64,000 nt of DNA, taken from assembly GCA_023213395.1 (NCBI GenBank), contig CM041465.1, forward strand, positions 120,473,741 to 120,537,740. The letters run 5' to 3'. Positions within the stretch are counted from its first letter, which is position 1, and the number at the start of each line of letters is the position of its first letter. Both the position numbers and the translations under genes were made by a program. The notes under the pieces were generated by a model that saw only the letters and a program-made list of their open reading frames with translations, searched no databases and was not told where the DNA came from. Source of the DNA: Cycas panzhihuaensis (lineage: Eukaryota > Plantae > Cycadophyta). Positions 1 to 12,553 of the stretch are shown here, piece after piece.

Positions 1-305
1 AAGCAACAGTGTCAATGGCTTGTGAAATAGTTTAGTTGCATCGATTACTTCAAGATCTTAAAATGGAACAACAAGGGCCAACCAAAATCTGGTGCAATAA
101 TCAAAGCACCATACAAATGTCAAAGAATCTAGTTTTCCATGGCAGAACTAAGCATATAGAGATGCAGTATCATTTCATTGAGGTAAAGTATTACAGTACG
201 GAGGAACAGACAACAAACATCTTCACAAAATATTTGGGCAAGATCTTATTCCAGAAATTCAAACAAAATTTAGGAGTTACACACATTGGGTGTTATGGGG
301 GAGAA
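1..305 (+). mobile_element. Ty1/copia element 3' end (RNase H remnant + PPT), truncated by window start
   Basis: ORF 36-332 reads KIWCNNQSTI..SKNLVFHGRTKHIEMQYHF..EEQTTNIFTKYL (copia RNase H); polypurine tract ggggGAGAA ends at 305. Confidence 0.9.
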
Positions 306-628
306 TGCTGGGATATCCCCCCAATGGCCTAAGGGTACATATGCCTAGGGCCCCCCAAATCCACCTTTGGGGCTCCCTAGGGCACCTAGAGCTGCCTATT
401 ACTGTCCTTAGCTGACATATCAAGTATGTTTATATTATTTTAATTTATTTTTTGAATATTATCGGCTAACCTGCAAGGAGGGTTGAGGCACTTAAGCGCC
501 TTCCCAAAATCTATTTAAAGGGTTGCCATACACCCTAGGTGTTTTTTAACACTCCCTTCGATTATTTTAGAAATTTGTTGATCTGCACACAATGGCATCC
601 TCACTCGTTCTACTCTCCTGCGCCAACA
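306..628 (+). repeat. 3' LTR of the copia element
   Basis: Starts TGCTGG directly after the PPT, ends CCAACA at 628 (TG..CA with imperfect terminal inverted repeat). Confidence 0.7.
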
Positions 629-639
629 AGTATATTTAA

Positions 640-1420
640 TTTATGATATGTGAATGCCACTTTCACTTTGTCATACTTTAATATTATGAAAATAATGCAA
701 TTCATTAAAGTTTGTCATTTTAAATTCTGAACTAATATTAACCTCAAATTCTTAAAACATCTCATCATTGTTTCATGTATAGATGAGATCATTAACATAA
801 AGTGTAATAATCAAGATTGAATTACTAGTTGTTTTTATGTAGAGATTAGGATCTAAAGGGCTCTTCTAAAATTCTTTATCTTGAGTACTTATCAATTATA
901 GAATACCCATCTCTTGGGTCTTGTTTCAATCCATACAAGGTTTTCTTTAACTTACATATTAAGTGTTCATGACCTTCAACTTTGAATACTTAAGGCTGAG
1001 ATACATAAATTTTTTTATCAATATAACCATTAAGAAATATTGACTTAACATCCATCTAATATATTATCTAACCTTGTTAAGTAACTAAGGATAAGACATT
1101 TATAATTCTGTCCATATTAATAATAGAAGTAAAGTTTTCTTCATAGTCAATTCCTTCTTATTGAGCATAACCTTTGGTAACAAGCCTTACCTTATTAATT
1201 ATTTCATCAACTTTATATTTGGTTTTGTATACCTACTTAGTTTCAATTACATCTTCACCAATAGGTAACTATGTGAAATCCCACATGTTGTTTCTATACA
1301 AGGCATCATATTTAGCTTTTATTACTTAGATCCATTCTTTATGTTTAGCAACTTCATTAAATATTTAAGGTTTAGTATTTTTCATTTCTTAAGTTAGTAA
1401 AACATAATTGACTTAAGTTT
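640..1420 (-). pseudogene. Degenerate Ty1/copia reverse transcriptase
   Basis: Minus-strand translation gives KKTLYGLKQDPR (LYGLKQAPR) at ~912-948 and ITLYVNDLIY (YVDD) at ~779-808; many stops. Confidence 0.85.
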
Positions 1421-1639
1421 ATGGTCATGTCAACCTTCTTTCAAAATTTATATCAAGAATATTACTTGAACTATGACTTATTACAAGCCATTTTAGACCT
1501 TTACTTTTATTAGAATAATGTTATGTTATAATATTACCTTTTAGTTACTTTATTAATATTATTATTGTTATAAGATTCGTTGAAAAAAATAACTACTCTT
1601 TTTAACAAACCTCTCCTTATTTATCTCTTCCTAGAGATA

Positions 1640-2023
1640 AATAAGAGGATATTACACAAGAGAGAGAGGATGAGATCCTCATTTACCTCCATATCTATAG
1701 TGTATCACTTATTATATTTTATTAATTAACTATATTTCTATAAGAGGATATTGCTATAGGAGGATATTACACAATAAGAGAGAGAGGATGAGATCCTCAT
1801 CTACCTCTATATCTATAATGTATCATTTATTATATTTTACTAATTAACTATATTTAAGAGGTGGTTTTTTATCCCCTAAAGGGGTTTTCCACCTATCAAT
1901 AATGGTGTATCTGTGATTGATTAAATGCATATTTTATAAGTCTTTATTTGTTTTCTTAATAATACAAATCTGATGATGCCTGTGTTTGTAAAGTGAAACC
2001 CTCTCTCCAACATGGTATTAGAT
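1640..2023 (+). repeat. LTR 3' portion followed by tRNA-Met(i) PBS; left part locally duplicated (~115 bp)
   Basis: ..ccaaca|tggtattagatc at 2006-2023; second copy at ~11581-11596 reads caca|tggtatcagagc (canonical PBS); gaggatattacac..tattaattaactatattt occurs at ~1646 and ~1760. Confidence 0.7.
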
Positions 2024-3679
2024 CATAGTATTCTAACTTTTTTTTGTAGGAATGAACTTTAAATTTTTTTGTTTTAAACTCTACAACCTTACACTAGATT
2101 TAACTCCTTCAAAAATATAGCCAATAGGTTCTTTTCTTTCATATCTAATTTTATAAATCTATTTTTAAATTGTAGTTTTTTTAGAGAAATAACAAAGAAT
2201 TTATTGAGAAAATATATATATGTACTAAAAAGAAATATAACAAAATATATTTCTTTTATAAAATCATTTTTTTTTATTAATCAACTAAGTAAATATAAAG
2301 GTCTATAAAAGACCAGATTACTAACCAAGAGCATACAAAGGTCTGTAAAAGATCAAACTACAAACAAAACAAGGAGGATTTTACAAAATCTCTCTAATTT
2401 TTGCCTAAAACCCTAACCTATTCTTTATGCCTGAAATCTTAACCTATTCATCCATAAATGCCAGAGAGCCCAAGATATTATGAATAGTTTCTACATCTAT
2501 TATGAAAGTAGCCGAAGATACCAACTACACACATAAGTCATACATATAAAATTGTCCTCCATGAGCACAAAAATTAGAGATAAAATAAACATTATTTGCA
2601 ACTCTTTTTGTTGAAGCAACTATCTTTTTTTTAAGTAACCCTCCCTCTTTTTGAAACCATATCTTTAGTCTACTGATTGAGACACCATCAAAGATCAGAG
2701 GATGATACCATCACTGCAGAACCTATAAAAGATACAAACACAAAGAGAAAGAGCCAATCGAATGTTGGATTTAGAAGCTTCATCTTTGAAAGTCATGCCA
2801 TCTGCTCGCCCCTAAATGAAATCCTCCATTGAAGCATTATGCTATCGATTTGAGCAATCTTACTAATGGTGGAGATGTGTACTGCAACTTGGAGAAGATC
2901 CATGTAAGGGAAAGCACATTGAGTCAATCTCTATGATGCCGAGAGACACATGTAGTAGTCGTAAACATAAAGGAAGAATAAAAATAATCAAAGCCCTAAG
3001 TATTAAGGGTATATAAGTTGTAAACACAAAGGAAGAACAAAAATAATCGAAATCCTAAGTATTGAGGGTATATATGATTAAGGCAATGGATTTAAAGAAT
3101 AAATCAAATGTTATGTAATGTTTTTGCATTTCCAAAAATATTACACTTTGATTGATAACTTTTTTAGGTCTGTTAACACCCCCTCCATTAGCCCTGCGGT
3201 CCTTTCACACGACCATGTGACCCTAATGAATTTTGAAAAGGGGCTTTACCCCCCCCCCCCTTTTTTTTTCTTTCTATAAAGGGGGTACATGTGCTTCTTC
3301 CTTCATAACTTCACCATACAAAGTCTAAATTCAACTCCGAAAGAAGCGTCAAATTCGTGTTCTAGATATGGACATATTGACTAGCTACTCAAGGATTTCG
3401 ATGCCATCTTTACCTATAAAATCACATATGAAATTACACCTCTGTTCACAACCAGGTAAGCTAAGGTACGTGAGTTTTTCAAGCATTTTTTTCATATGTT
3501 ATATTAAATTTATTATCTTAAACATCCATCATTTGTTATTAATCTAAATACCTATAAGCAACTCCCTAAATGGTATTTTCTAGCGATCTATTTTACTCCT
3601 TTACCACCATAACAGATTAAAAGGCAATCTAAATATAGGTCATCCACTAACTTCACCTTAATAACAAAAGTGTTATCAA

Positions 3680-4265
3680 CTCATGAACTTACCACTTTGA
3701 AGAAGTTATTATAGATCAAAAGTGGCAAGCAACTATAAATGAGGAGATGGATTCCATTTTGTAAAATGACACTTAGGAGCTATTCATCTACTAAAAGGAA
3801 AGAACCATATTGATTACAGATATCTTTAAGGTTTACTTTAGCTTTGAATTGATTATTATCACGTGGATAATTTTTTATTAATAGGTTATACAGATGTTGA
3901 TTGGGTTGAATGCAAAGATAGTTATAGATCAACCTCACACTATTATTTTAACTTGGGTTCTGCTTTTATTTCCTATAGTTATAAAAAAAATAACCAAATG
4001 CCACTTTATCCTCCACCAAAGCAAAGTACAATATAGCAGTTAGTGTAGTTACTGAGGCTATCTAGCTTACAAACATTCTTAAAGAGATTTATCTTTATCA
4101 AACATATACTACTACTATCTTTTGTGATAATCAATGTGTTCTCAAATTGACTAAGAATCTTATGTTCCATGCAAAGATAAAGTATATCGAGGTTTACTAT
4201 CACTTTATTAGAGAGTATGTTTAGGATGATGAGATAGATTTGGTCTACAAGCCAACCAATCAATG
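3680..4265 (+). pseudogene. Degenerate, internally deleted copia RT N-terminus and RNase H
   Basis: Translates DQKWQATINEEMDSIL*NDT*EL, GYTDVDWVECKDSYRSTSHYYFNLGS, TIFCDNQCVLKLTKNLMFHAKIKYIEVYYHFIRE. Confidence 0.8.
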
Positions 4266-4451
4266 TACGAAGCTCAATATTAATGCATTAGAATGTTATT
4301 ATGTGATTAATGAAATGTGCTTTGGCTTTGGAGATTTGACATATTCAATCTCTTCACATTGTTCCTTTTACATGTTATGTGAATATAATGATTTATGGCT
4401 CTATGAGACTTGAATCTAAGATTAGTGTTGAGACAAATTCACACACCCTTT

Positions 4452-5035
4452 AATATGAAGTAAAACTAAATTTCACAATAATATCTCTTTTGAAAATTTT
4501 CTAGCTTTTTATTCTAAAACTAGTAAAACTATTTAAAAAAAGAGTTTTCATAATATGTAAGCTTTCAAATTTAAGTCCTTTGGCCCTCCAAAAATCCTAA
4601 CATCCTTTAACATTAGGAAACTGACTCAAAGCAAAATAAACCCCAAATTTAAAACTTTCTAATTTTAGTAAGTTTTTGAAAGTTCTCCAAATCGCACAAA
4701 AATTGACCTATGGATATTTAGGCATGATATAGGCCTTATGGAACCATAAGTGAAATAAAACTAGCCTCTTAACTAAGAAAAATAATGACCATAAGGTATT
4801 AAAAAAGTTATAGATAATTGTAAAATACCATTTTAGACCCCTTAAATGATCCTTTTTAGGCTAAAAAATATCACAAATAAGGAAGTAATAAATATCACAA
4901 ATTATGTCATAATATACACTTTTTAAAGAGCTATGTTTTAAAGAAAAAGGAAGCCTAAACGACCACCTAGATAAAAAATTACAATCCCAGTAAGTTGACC
5001 CTTAAAATTTAGAACTTGTAGGTGCTCTTATATCA
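4452..5035 (-). repeat. 3' LTR of the gypsy element (outer ~55 bp not alignable)
   Basis: Colinear similarity with 31672-32247 (aggaaactgact, taactaagaaaaataat, taagttgaccctt); abuts reverse PPT. Confidence 0.75.
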
Positions 5036-5098
5036 TCCTCTCTTGCTTAAAAAGAACTTAACTCTTATATGTTTTTATGCTAGACCTCATGTCACTTA

Positions 5099-8000
5099 TG
5101 AAGGAATGTAGGGAGCTAGAAGGAATAGAGAATACATGAAAGGGTGAAACTAGCAATCTGATATAGTGGTGATATTGATGAACATTAAGGTCTTTGGATC
5201 CCATGAATATATAAGCAGGATATGAGTACGAAACACTTAATGTCTACCACTAACCATGAATATATAAGCATGGAACTTCCTTCTATCTTAATATACAAAT
5301 TTGGATTAGACTGACTCCTTTAGAATCCTTTATCTTTAAAGTACTTGTCAATCCTAGAGTATCATGCTCTAGGTACTTGCTTAAGTCCATACAAGGCTTT
5401 CTTAAGTTTAGAGACCTTATTTTCTTCCCCCTTTATTTTAAAACCCTTTAGTTGTTGGACATATATTTCTTCTTCTATATAACCATTTAAGAAAGTACTT
5501 TTAACATCTATTTGGTGAACTGTCCAATCTTATTGTACAACTAAAGCCATCGTCAATCGAATTGTCTCAAGTCTTGTAACTAGAGTAAAAGTCTCATTGT
5601 AATCTATACCTTTAATTTGGGCATAGCCTTTAGTAACTAACCTTGCTTTATATTTATCACTTATTCCATCTAATCTATATTTGGTCTTATAGACCCACTT
5701 GGTTCTAATTGTATTCTTGTTTGATAACAGATTTACTAATTCTCATGTATCATTTTTTACTAAGGCATTAAACTCATCCTTCATAGCTTCTCTCCATTCA
5801 TCTTATGTGTTAGCCTCTTCAAAGTTGTGAGGCTCATTTGACTCTATATTCTCTCAACTTGTCATCCAAAATATTTGAAGGGTCATATGCCCTGTGGACC
5901 CATTTAGGAACCCTTTGATTTGATGTGAAGGGTCTTGCTTCATTTTAATGAGGTATATTTCTACCCTTAGAACTTGGTTCCATTTCAACCATGATCTTTT
6001 TCCCTTTATCTTTTTCAACTTCTTCTTGATAAATTTCATCTTCTTTGAAGATGACATCTCTATTTATAATCATCTTCTTATCTTTTGGATCATAGAGCTT
6101 ATAACATCTAAAAGTATCATTATACTTTATAAAAATATATTTGGTGTTCTTATAATCTAATTTAGTCCTTTACTTATTAGGAGCATGTGTAAAGGCTAAG
6201 CATCTGAAAATCCTTAAGTGTTTTATGCTTCGCTGGTGGCTTATCTAAGCATCTTCTAGTGTGACCCACCTAACAGCCTTAGTGGTACACTTGTTCAATA
6301 AATAATTTGTCATGTGTATAGCTTCTACTCAAAATTCATATCTAAATTGCTTATCCTTAAGTATACTCCTTACCATTTCCATAATTATTTTATTATTTCT
6401 TTTTGCAACTCTATTTCATTGTGGAGTATAAGGATTATTGAGTTGTTTCCTTATCCCATAATAATTCCAATATGCCTTAAACTCATTTGAGATGAATTAT
6501 TTCCCATTATCTAATCTTAGTGTAAGAATTCTAAACCCACTTTATTTTCTAACTAAAGTTTTAAAGTCCATACAATATTAAAGAGTATCTAATTTAAATT
6601 TAAGGAAATAAACTCAAGTCATTTTAGTGAAGCCATCAATAAAAATTATAAAGTACCTAGTACCTTCTAATAAAAGCACATCCATTAGACCACATAGGTT
6701 TGTATAGATCAATTAAAGGGGCCTTTTCACCCTATAACTTTCATTTGGAGAACTTTCTCTTTGTTGTTTTCCAAATATATAACTTTCACAAAGCTCTTTG
6801 TTTGTTTCTATAATAGGAAGTCCAATCATTATATCCATTCTTTTCATCAAAGCTAAGTTGTTATAATTTACATGGCTACGACGTTTGTGCTATATTTCAT
6901 AATTAACATTGGTTAAAACTTTTAAAGCATAAGAATCTGATTGAGGTATGTTTAGTTTAAATAATTTATCACTAATCATTTGACCTTTTGCTACAATCGC
7001 CCTGTTCCTTAACTTATCCTTAATAGTACATTATCTATTATCAAAAATCATTTTATACTTTTGCTCCATCATCTAACCCACCAAAAGTAGATTCTTTTAA
7101 AGACCTAAAACATGTAGAACATCATTTATACTTATTATTTCTCCTAAACCAATTATTATAGAAATGTTTCCTTTCCAATTGTTATGTATGTAATGTTTTC
7201 CTTAACTATAATTTTACATTTCTTAGAATTATCTATCTCCTTAAACCATTCTTCTTTATGTGTCATATGAGTTAAACATCTCGAATCGATGTACCAACTA
7301 TCTTCTTCTTTATTAGCCAATAGACTTAAGAGAAATAATCTATCATCATGTCTTTCTTCTATAGTTATATTAGTTGTCCTTTTTTGTGTACTTATATTTT
7401 GTGCAAAATAGTTTTCTTCTAAATTATCAATTCTATGATAAAAGGAATATTGAGTGGTTCATCTTCCTCTTAGACTTCTTCCTCTTTAACTTTGATTTCC
7501 TCCCCTAGAAGTTTCTCTTCCTCTTCTGAAGTTTTCACCTTCTCCTTAACCTTGAAAATACCTTTGATTTTGCCCTTGAAAACCTTGATTAGGGCCTTGT
7601 CCTTGAAATTTTCCTTCTCCTTGAAAGTTCCCTTGATAAATTTAGAAACCTTGGCCTTAGTTTCTTGATTAGCCTCTTCCTATAGGGGATTGGCCTCAAC
7701 CCCTAAAACTCTATCCTTGAAAATTTTGCTTAATTCTAGTCTTGGTGGTAATGGCATGTTTAAGGGATTTACTTCTCCCTTTCTTTTTCTTAATAACTAA
7801 AAGAAAAACACTTAATTGTTTAATATTAAGTGTACTAAGGTCTTTTGAAACTTCAATACTTGTTGTCACAATTTCAAACCTTTTAATTTCTCCTACACAT
7901 CTTAGAATCTTTTCAATAATCTTTTGTTTGCTTATCATTTCACCTAAGAATCCCATTTGATTAACTAAGTTTTGGACCTTAGTGATATACTCATTGACTC

Positions 8001-10500
8001 CTTCATGAGTTATCATCCTTAAATTTTCAAATTTGCTCCTTAAAGTTTGTAGCTTTGAAGATGTTGCTCCTTCATAAGTTGTCTTGAGGATGTCCCAAGC
8101 CTCCTTAGACATTATAGCCTTGCTGACTATGGAAAAGATATGGTCCTCTAATACACAAAAGATAAGTGCAAGCACTTTGTTGTTCTTCTTGCCATTCTCC
8201 TTATAGCTTTTCTTTTTATTCTTGATGGTAGTTTCATCAATTTCTTCATATCTTGCATCAAGAAGCTCTCATATGTCCTTTATGATAAAGATAGGCCTTA
8301 TTCACTTACTCTAATTAAGAAAGTTGGTGCCATTGAATTTAGGAATAATTACATTACTAAGATTTGATGTCATTGTAAATAAAAGATTGGCTTATGAAAA
8401 TGACTTTCAAAAAATGCAAGGTTCTTCTAAATAAACTTATAATCAAAAGCATTAAAAGATAATGAAAGGCACTCAACAACCACAAGAAATATCCCACTTC
8501 ACCTTCGAGACTAGTGCAAATATCCTAATTGGGACTCTAACCACCTCAAAAGCAATAATTTTTATTAGTATAAGACTATAATTTGATTTTTTCACTAGTT
8601 TATGTAAGGGTCATCATGTAGGAAACCCTTCAGTAGTGCCACTTTAGAGGATAAAGATAGTATATAAAATGATCTTAAAAAAAAATTATGACTTCAAAAC
8701 TTAGTATAAAATAGAAAATAGAGTCCAACTCTTTAAATGAGACTTAATTCTGATATCGAACCACCAAGATATGCATTAAATTTTTTTACAAAAAGTTAAC
8801 CTTTTAATATTAAATTTTCAAAAACACATTGCCTCAACTTTACTCATTAAAAAGTCTATCAAACTGAAATAAAAGATGGTCGTGTGGCCACCTGTTTTAA
8901 CTAGGTGAGAATGGACTTCGATTTGGTGTTGACAAAATCAATTTTTGACTTTGTTGGTGAAAATTGTGGCCTCTAGAGTAGAAGTAGGTCCTAAATTTGA
9001 ACTCGATTCTAAAAAATTAGCTTAGCTCCTTTTGTAAAAATTAAACCAAGTCACATTAATATGACATATAATGGATGATATTTGGGTCCCTATCTACATA
9101 GATTTATTAATGGCTCTAATGCAACGCCTGTAATAATAAATAACCTTTTGAACTTTATGTAATATAACTAAATTATTAAGTGTCAATAAAAAATACTAAA
9201 AAACTTCATGTGATCAATGTGGATGCTGCACTGCTGTCAATGATGCTAAAAAAATAGTAGGAGGGTTCATTCATTAATAGATGGTAGCAAAGAACTCAAA
9301 TTAATGTGAAGGAAAGACAAAGGCCATAAACATTGCATAAAAGGAGTTGCAAACTTAGCGTAAGTGTAAATGATATATGCGTAGGCCATACGAATTAGAA
9401 AATGGAGGCACAAATGAGTAGAAGTTGTCGTACAATATAAAAAAAGCCATATATATAATAAGAATGATTTAAAAAGATGCTAAAATAAAAATATTAAACT
9501 TTCAACCTTTATAAACTCTAGAAAAAATAAAAGATTAAAAGATTAGATTGATTTGAAAAATGCAGCTATAGATGCAACTATGCGAAGATGTAGCCACTTG
9601 TAGATGATGTACTAATGTAGTAAATACAATCATAAATGAATTCAATGATTAATATTTAATCATAAAAAGATACCAAAGTATTACAAAGTTATTAATTAAT
9701 ATTTGGTGAAAAGTTAATATTTATATAATATTAAAATGTAGCACAAATAAAATTTGCATAATAGTGCTTATGCAGTCATATAGATTTGAAAAGAAATTTA
9801 GTTGTAAATACATATTTAGACAAACTAGACTAGGATTTTACATAGAAAGGAAAGGAATGGTTAGAGCACAAACAGATGGGCTTAAAGATTATAAAGTTTG
9901 TAATAAATATTTTTCAAATATATCACTTCTCCTTAGGAAAAAAATATATACGTTAACTTTTGAAGGAAGGACATAGAGAGAGAACATAGATATAAATGCT
10001 CTTAGTTTGGCTTAATATAATCCTTTAATGCATGCAAACATATATCTAATGGGAGGAGGTATAAAAAGCAAGGTAAGGTAAGGCAAATACTCTTCAGATA
10101 ATACAAGACTAATTAGCAAGACAAGTCGAGAATAACAAACACTCCACAATGGTGAGATCTCCTTCATTAGAATGCTCAAGCATGTAATGGAAATAATGTG
10201 TTTCAAATAAAACCCTGATAAATAGAAGCAGATGAATGACAACCTTTGAAAAAGATTATGAAATTGAATAATGAAATATTAATCAATAACTCAAAAACAT
10301 TAATGGTATGTGTGATAGAAATTTCTCACAACATTTCTCAAATGCATCTCTAACCTTGGCTTTTCGTTTAAACACTTATGTAATAAGCCAACACTTTAAC
10401 AATGCTCTAAAATCTTATACAACTCACTATGATACTAAATGAAGGAATGTAGGGAGTTAGAGGGACTAGAGAATGCATGAAAGAGTGAGACCAGCAATCT
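5099..10500 (-). mobile_element. Ty1/copia element nested in the gypsy 3' end (copy 1; RT 3' half, RNase H and PPT deleted)
   Basis: LTR starts tgaaggaatgtagggag at 5099 and 10440; reverse PBS actatgatacta 10426-10437; gag ATG ~8373 (MTSNLSNVIIPKFNGTNF; SKEAWDILKTTYEG..KLQTLRSKFENLRM); protease WYIDSRCLTHMT ~7300; integrase ~6200-6760; RT ~5270-5850. Confidence 0.85.
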
Positions 10501-11308
10501 CAATACATCGCAACTTAATTTTGTTTTCCTTACTTATGCTTAAAGATGAAAGTAATTTCTTATAAATATGATACTTATTTTATGTTCTTAACATTCAACT
10601 TTTTCTATGTGTTTGCATATCTTGATGCTTGATGGTCTATAAACATGAGTAATTTCTTTGGGCATAGGATAGTATCACTAATGCCTTAATGCTTATACAA
10701 TGACATAGAACTCTATGTCATATGTGAGATACTTATTTCTCATCTCATTTAACTTCTCATTGTAATATGTTATTAGCCTTCCTTCTTGACTTAACAAAGC
10801 CCCAATAACTACATGTAACGTATCACAATTAACCTTAAACATCTTTATAAAATCTAGTAGGGCCAACATAGGCACCTTTGTCACCTTTTATTTCATAAGC
10901 TTGAAGCTTTACCTTATTACTTTATTTTAGACAAACTTCCTTCTCTTAGTATAATCTATTAAGGGAGTAGTGATACCACTAAAATTTATGATGAACTTCC
11001 TATAAAATACAGTTAAACCATGGAAACTCCTTACCTTTGTTGTATTCCTTGGTATAGGCCATTCAATAATGGCTTTAATTTTCTTATCATTTATACATAA
11101 CCCATCCTCAGATATTACAAATCCTAAAATTACTAGGCTACTCTACATAAACTTGTATTTATTCAAGTATGCATACAACTTCTCTACCCTGAACAAATCT
11201 AATACCATCCTCAAGTGTAATAGGTGCTCCTCCTTAGTTCTATTATATATAAAAATACCATCAAAATAGACAACTATAAACTTACCTACATATGATCATA
11301 GAATGGTA
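10499..11308 (-). pseudogene. Duplicated gypsy RT/RNase H fragment
   Basis: ORF 10693-10884 (FKVNCDTLHVVIGALLSQEGRLITYY) nearly identical to 17114-17305. Confidence 0.85.
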
Positions 11309-12553
11309 ACCAGGAAATGCCATTGCTATAAGAGGATATTACACAACAAAAGAGAGAGGATGAGATCCTCATCTACCTCCATATTTATAATATATCATTT
11401 ATTATATTTTATTAATTAATTATATTTAAGAGATCATTTTTTATCCCCTAAAGAGGTTTTCCTCCTGTCAATAATGGTGTATCTATGATTGATTAAATGC
11501 ATATTGTATAAGTCTTTATTTGTTTTCTTAATAATACAAATATGATGATGCATGTGTTTGTAAAGTGAAACCCTGTCTCCCACATGGTATCAGAGCACAG
11601 TATTCTAACCTTTTTTTGTAGGGATAAACTTTAAATTTTTTTGTTTCAAACTCTACAACCTTGCACTCTTTCATATCTAATTTTATAAATCTATTTTTAA
11701 ATTGTAGTTTTTTTAGAGAAATAACAAAGAATTTATTGAGAAAAAATATATATATATGTACTAAAAAGAAATATAACAAAATATATTTCTTTTATAAAAT
11801 CATTTTTCTTAATTAATCAACCAAGTAAATATAAAGGTCTATAAAAGACCAGATTACTAACCAAGAGTATACAAAGGTCTATAAAAGATCAGACTGCAAA
11901 CAAAACAAGGAGGATTTTATAAAATCTCTATAATTTCTGCCTAAAACCCTAACCTATTCTTTCTACCTGAAACCTTAACCTATTCATCCATAAATGCCAG
12001 AGACCCCAAGATATTATGAATAGTTTCTATGTCTATTATGAAAGCAGGAAAAGATACCAACTACACACATAAGTCATACATACGAAATTGTCCTCCATGA
12101 GCACAAAAATTAGAGATAAAATAAGAATTATCTATAACTCTTTTTGTTGAAGCAACTATCTTTTTTTGAAGTAACCCTCCCTCTTTTTGAAACCATATCT
12201 TTAGTCTACTGATTAAGACACCATCAAAGATCAAAGGATGATACCATCACTATAGAACCTATAAAAGATACAAACACGAAGAGAAAGAGCCAATCGAATG
12301 TTGGATTTAGAAGCTTCATATTTGAAAGGCATGCCATCTGCTCGCCCCTAAATGAAATCCTCCATTGAAGCATTATGCTATCAATTTGAGAAATCTTACT
12401 AATGGTGGAGATGTGTACCACAACTTGGAGAAGATCCACGTAAGCGAAAACACATTGAGTTGATCTCTATGATGCCTGGAGACACATGCAGTAGTCGTAA
12501 ACATGAAGGAAGAATAAAAATAATCAAAACCCTAAGTTATTATACATCAACCA

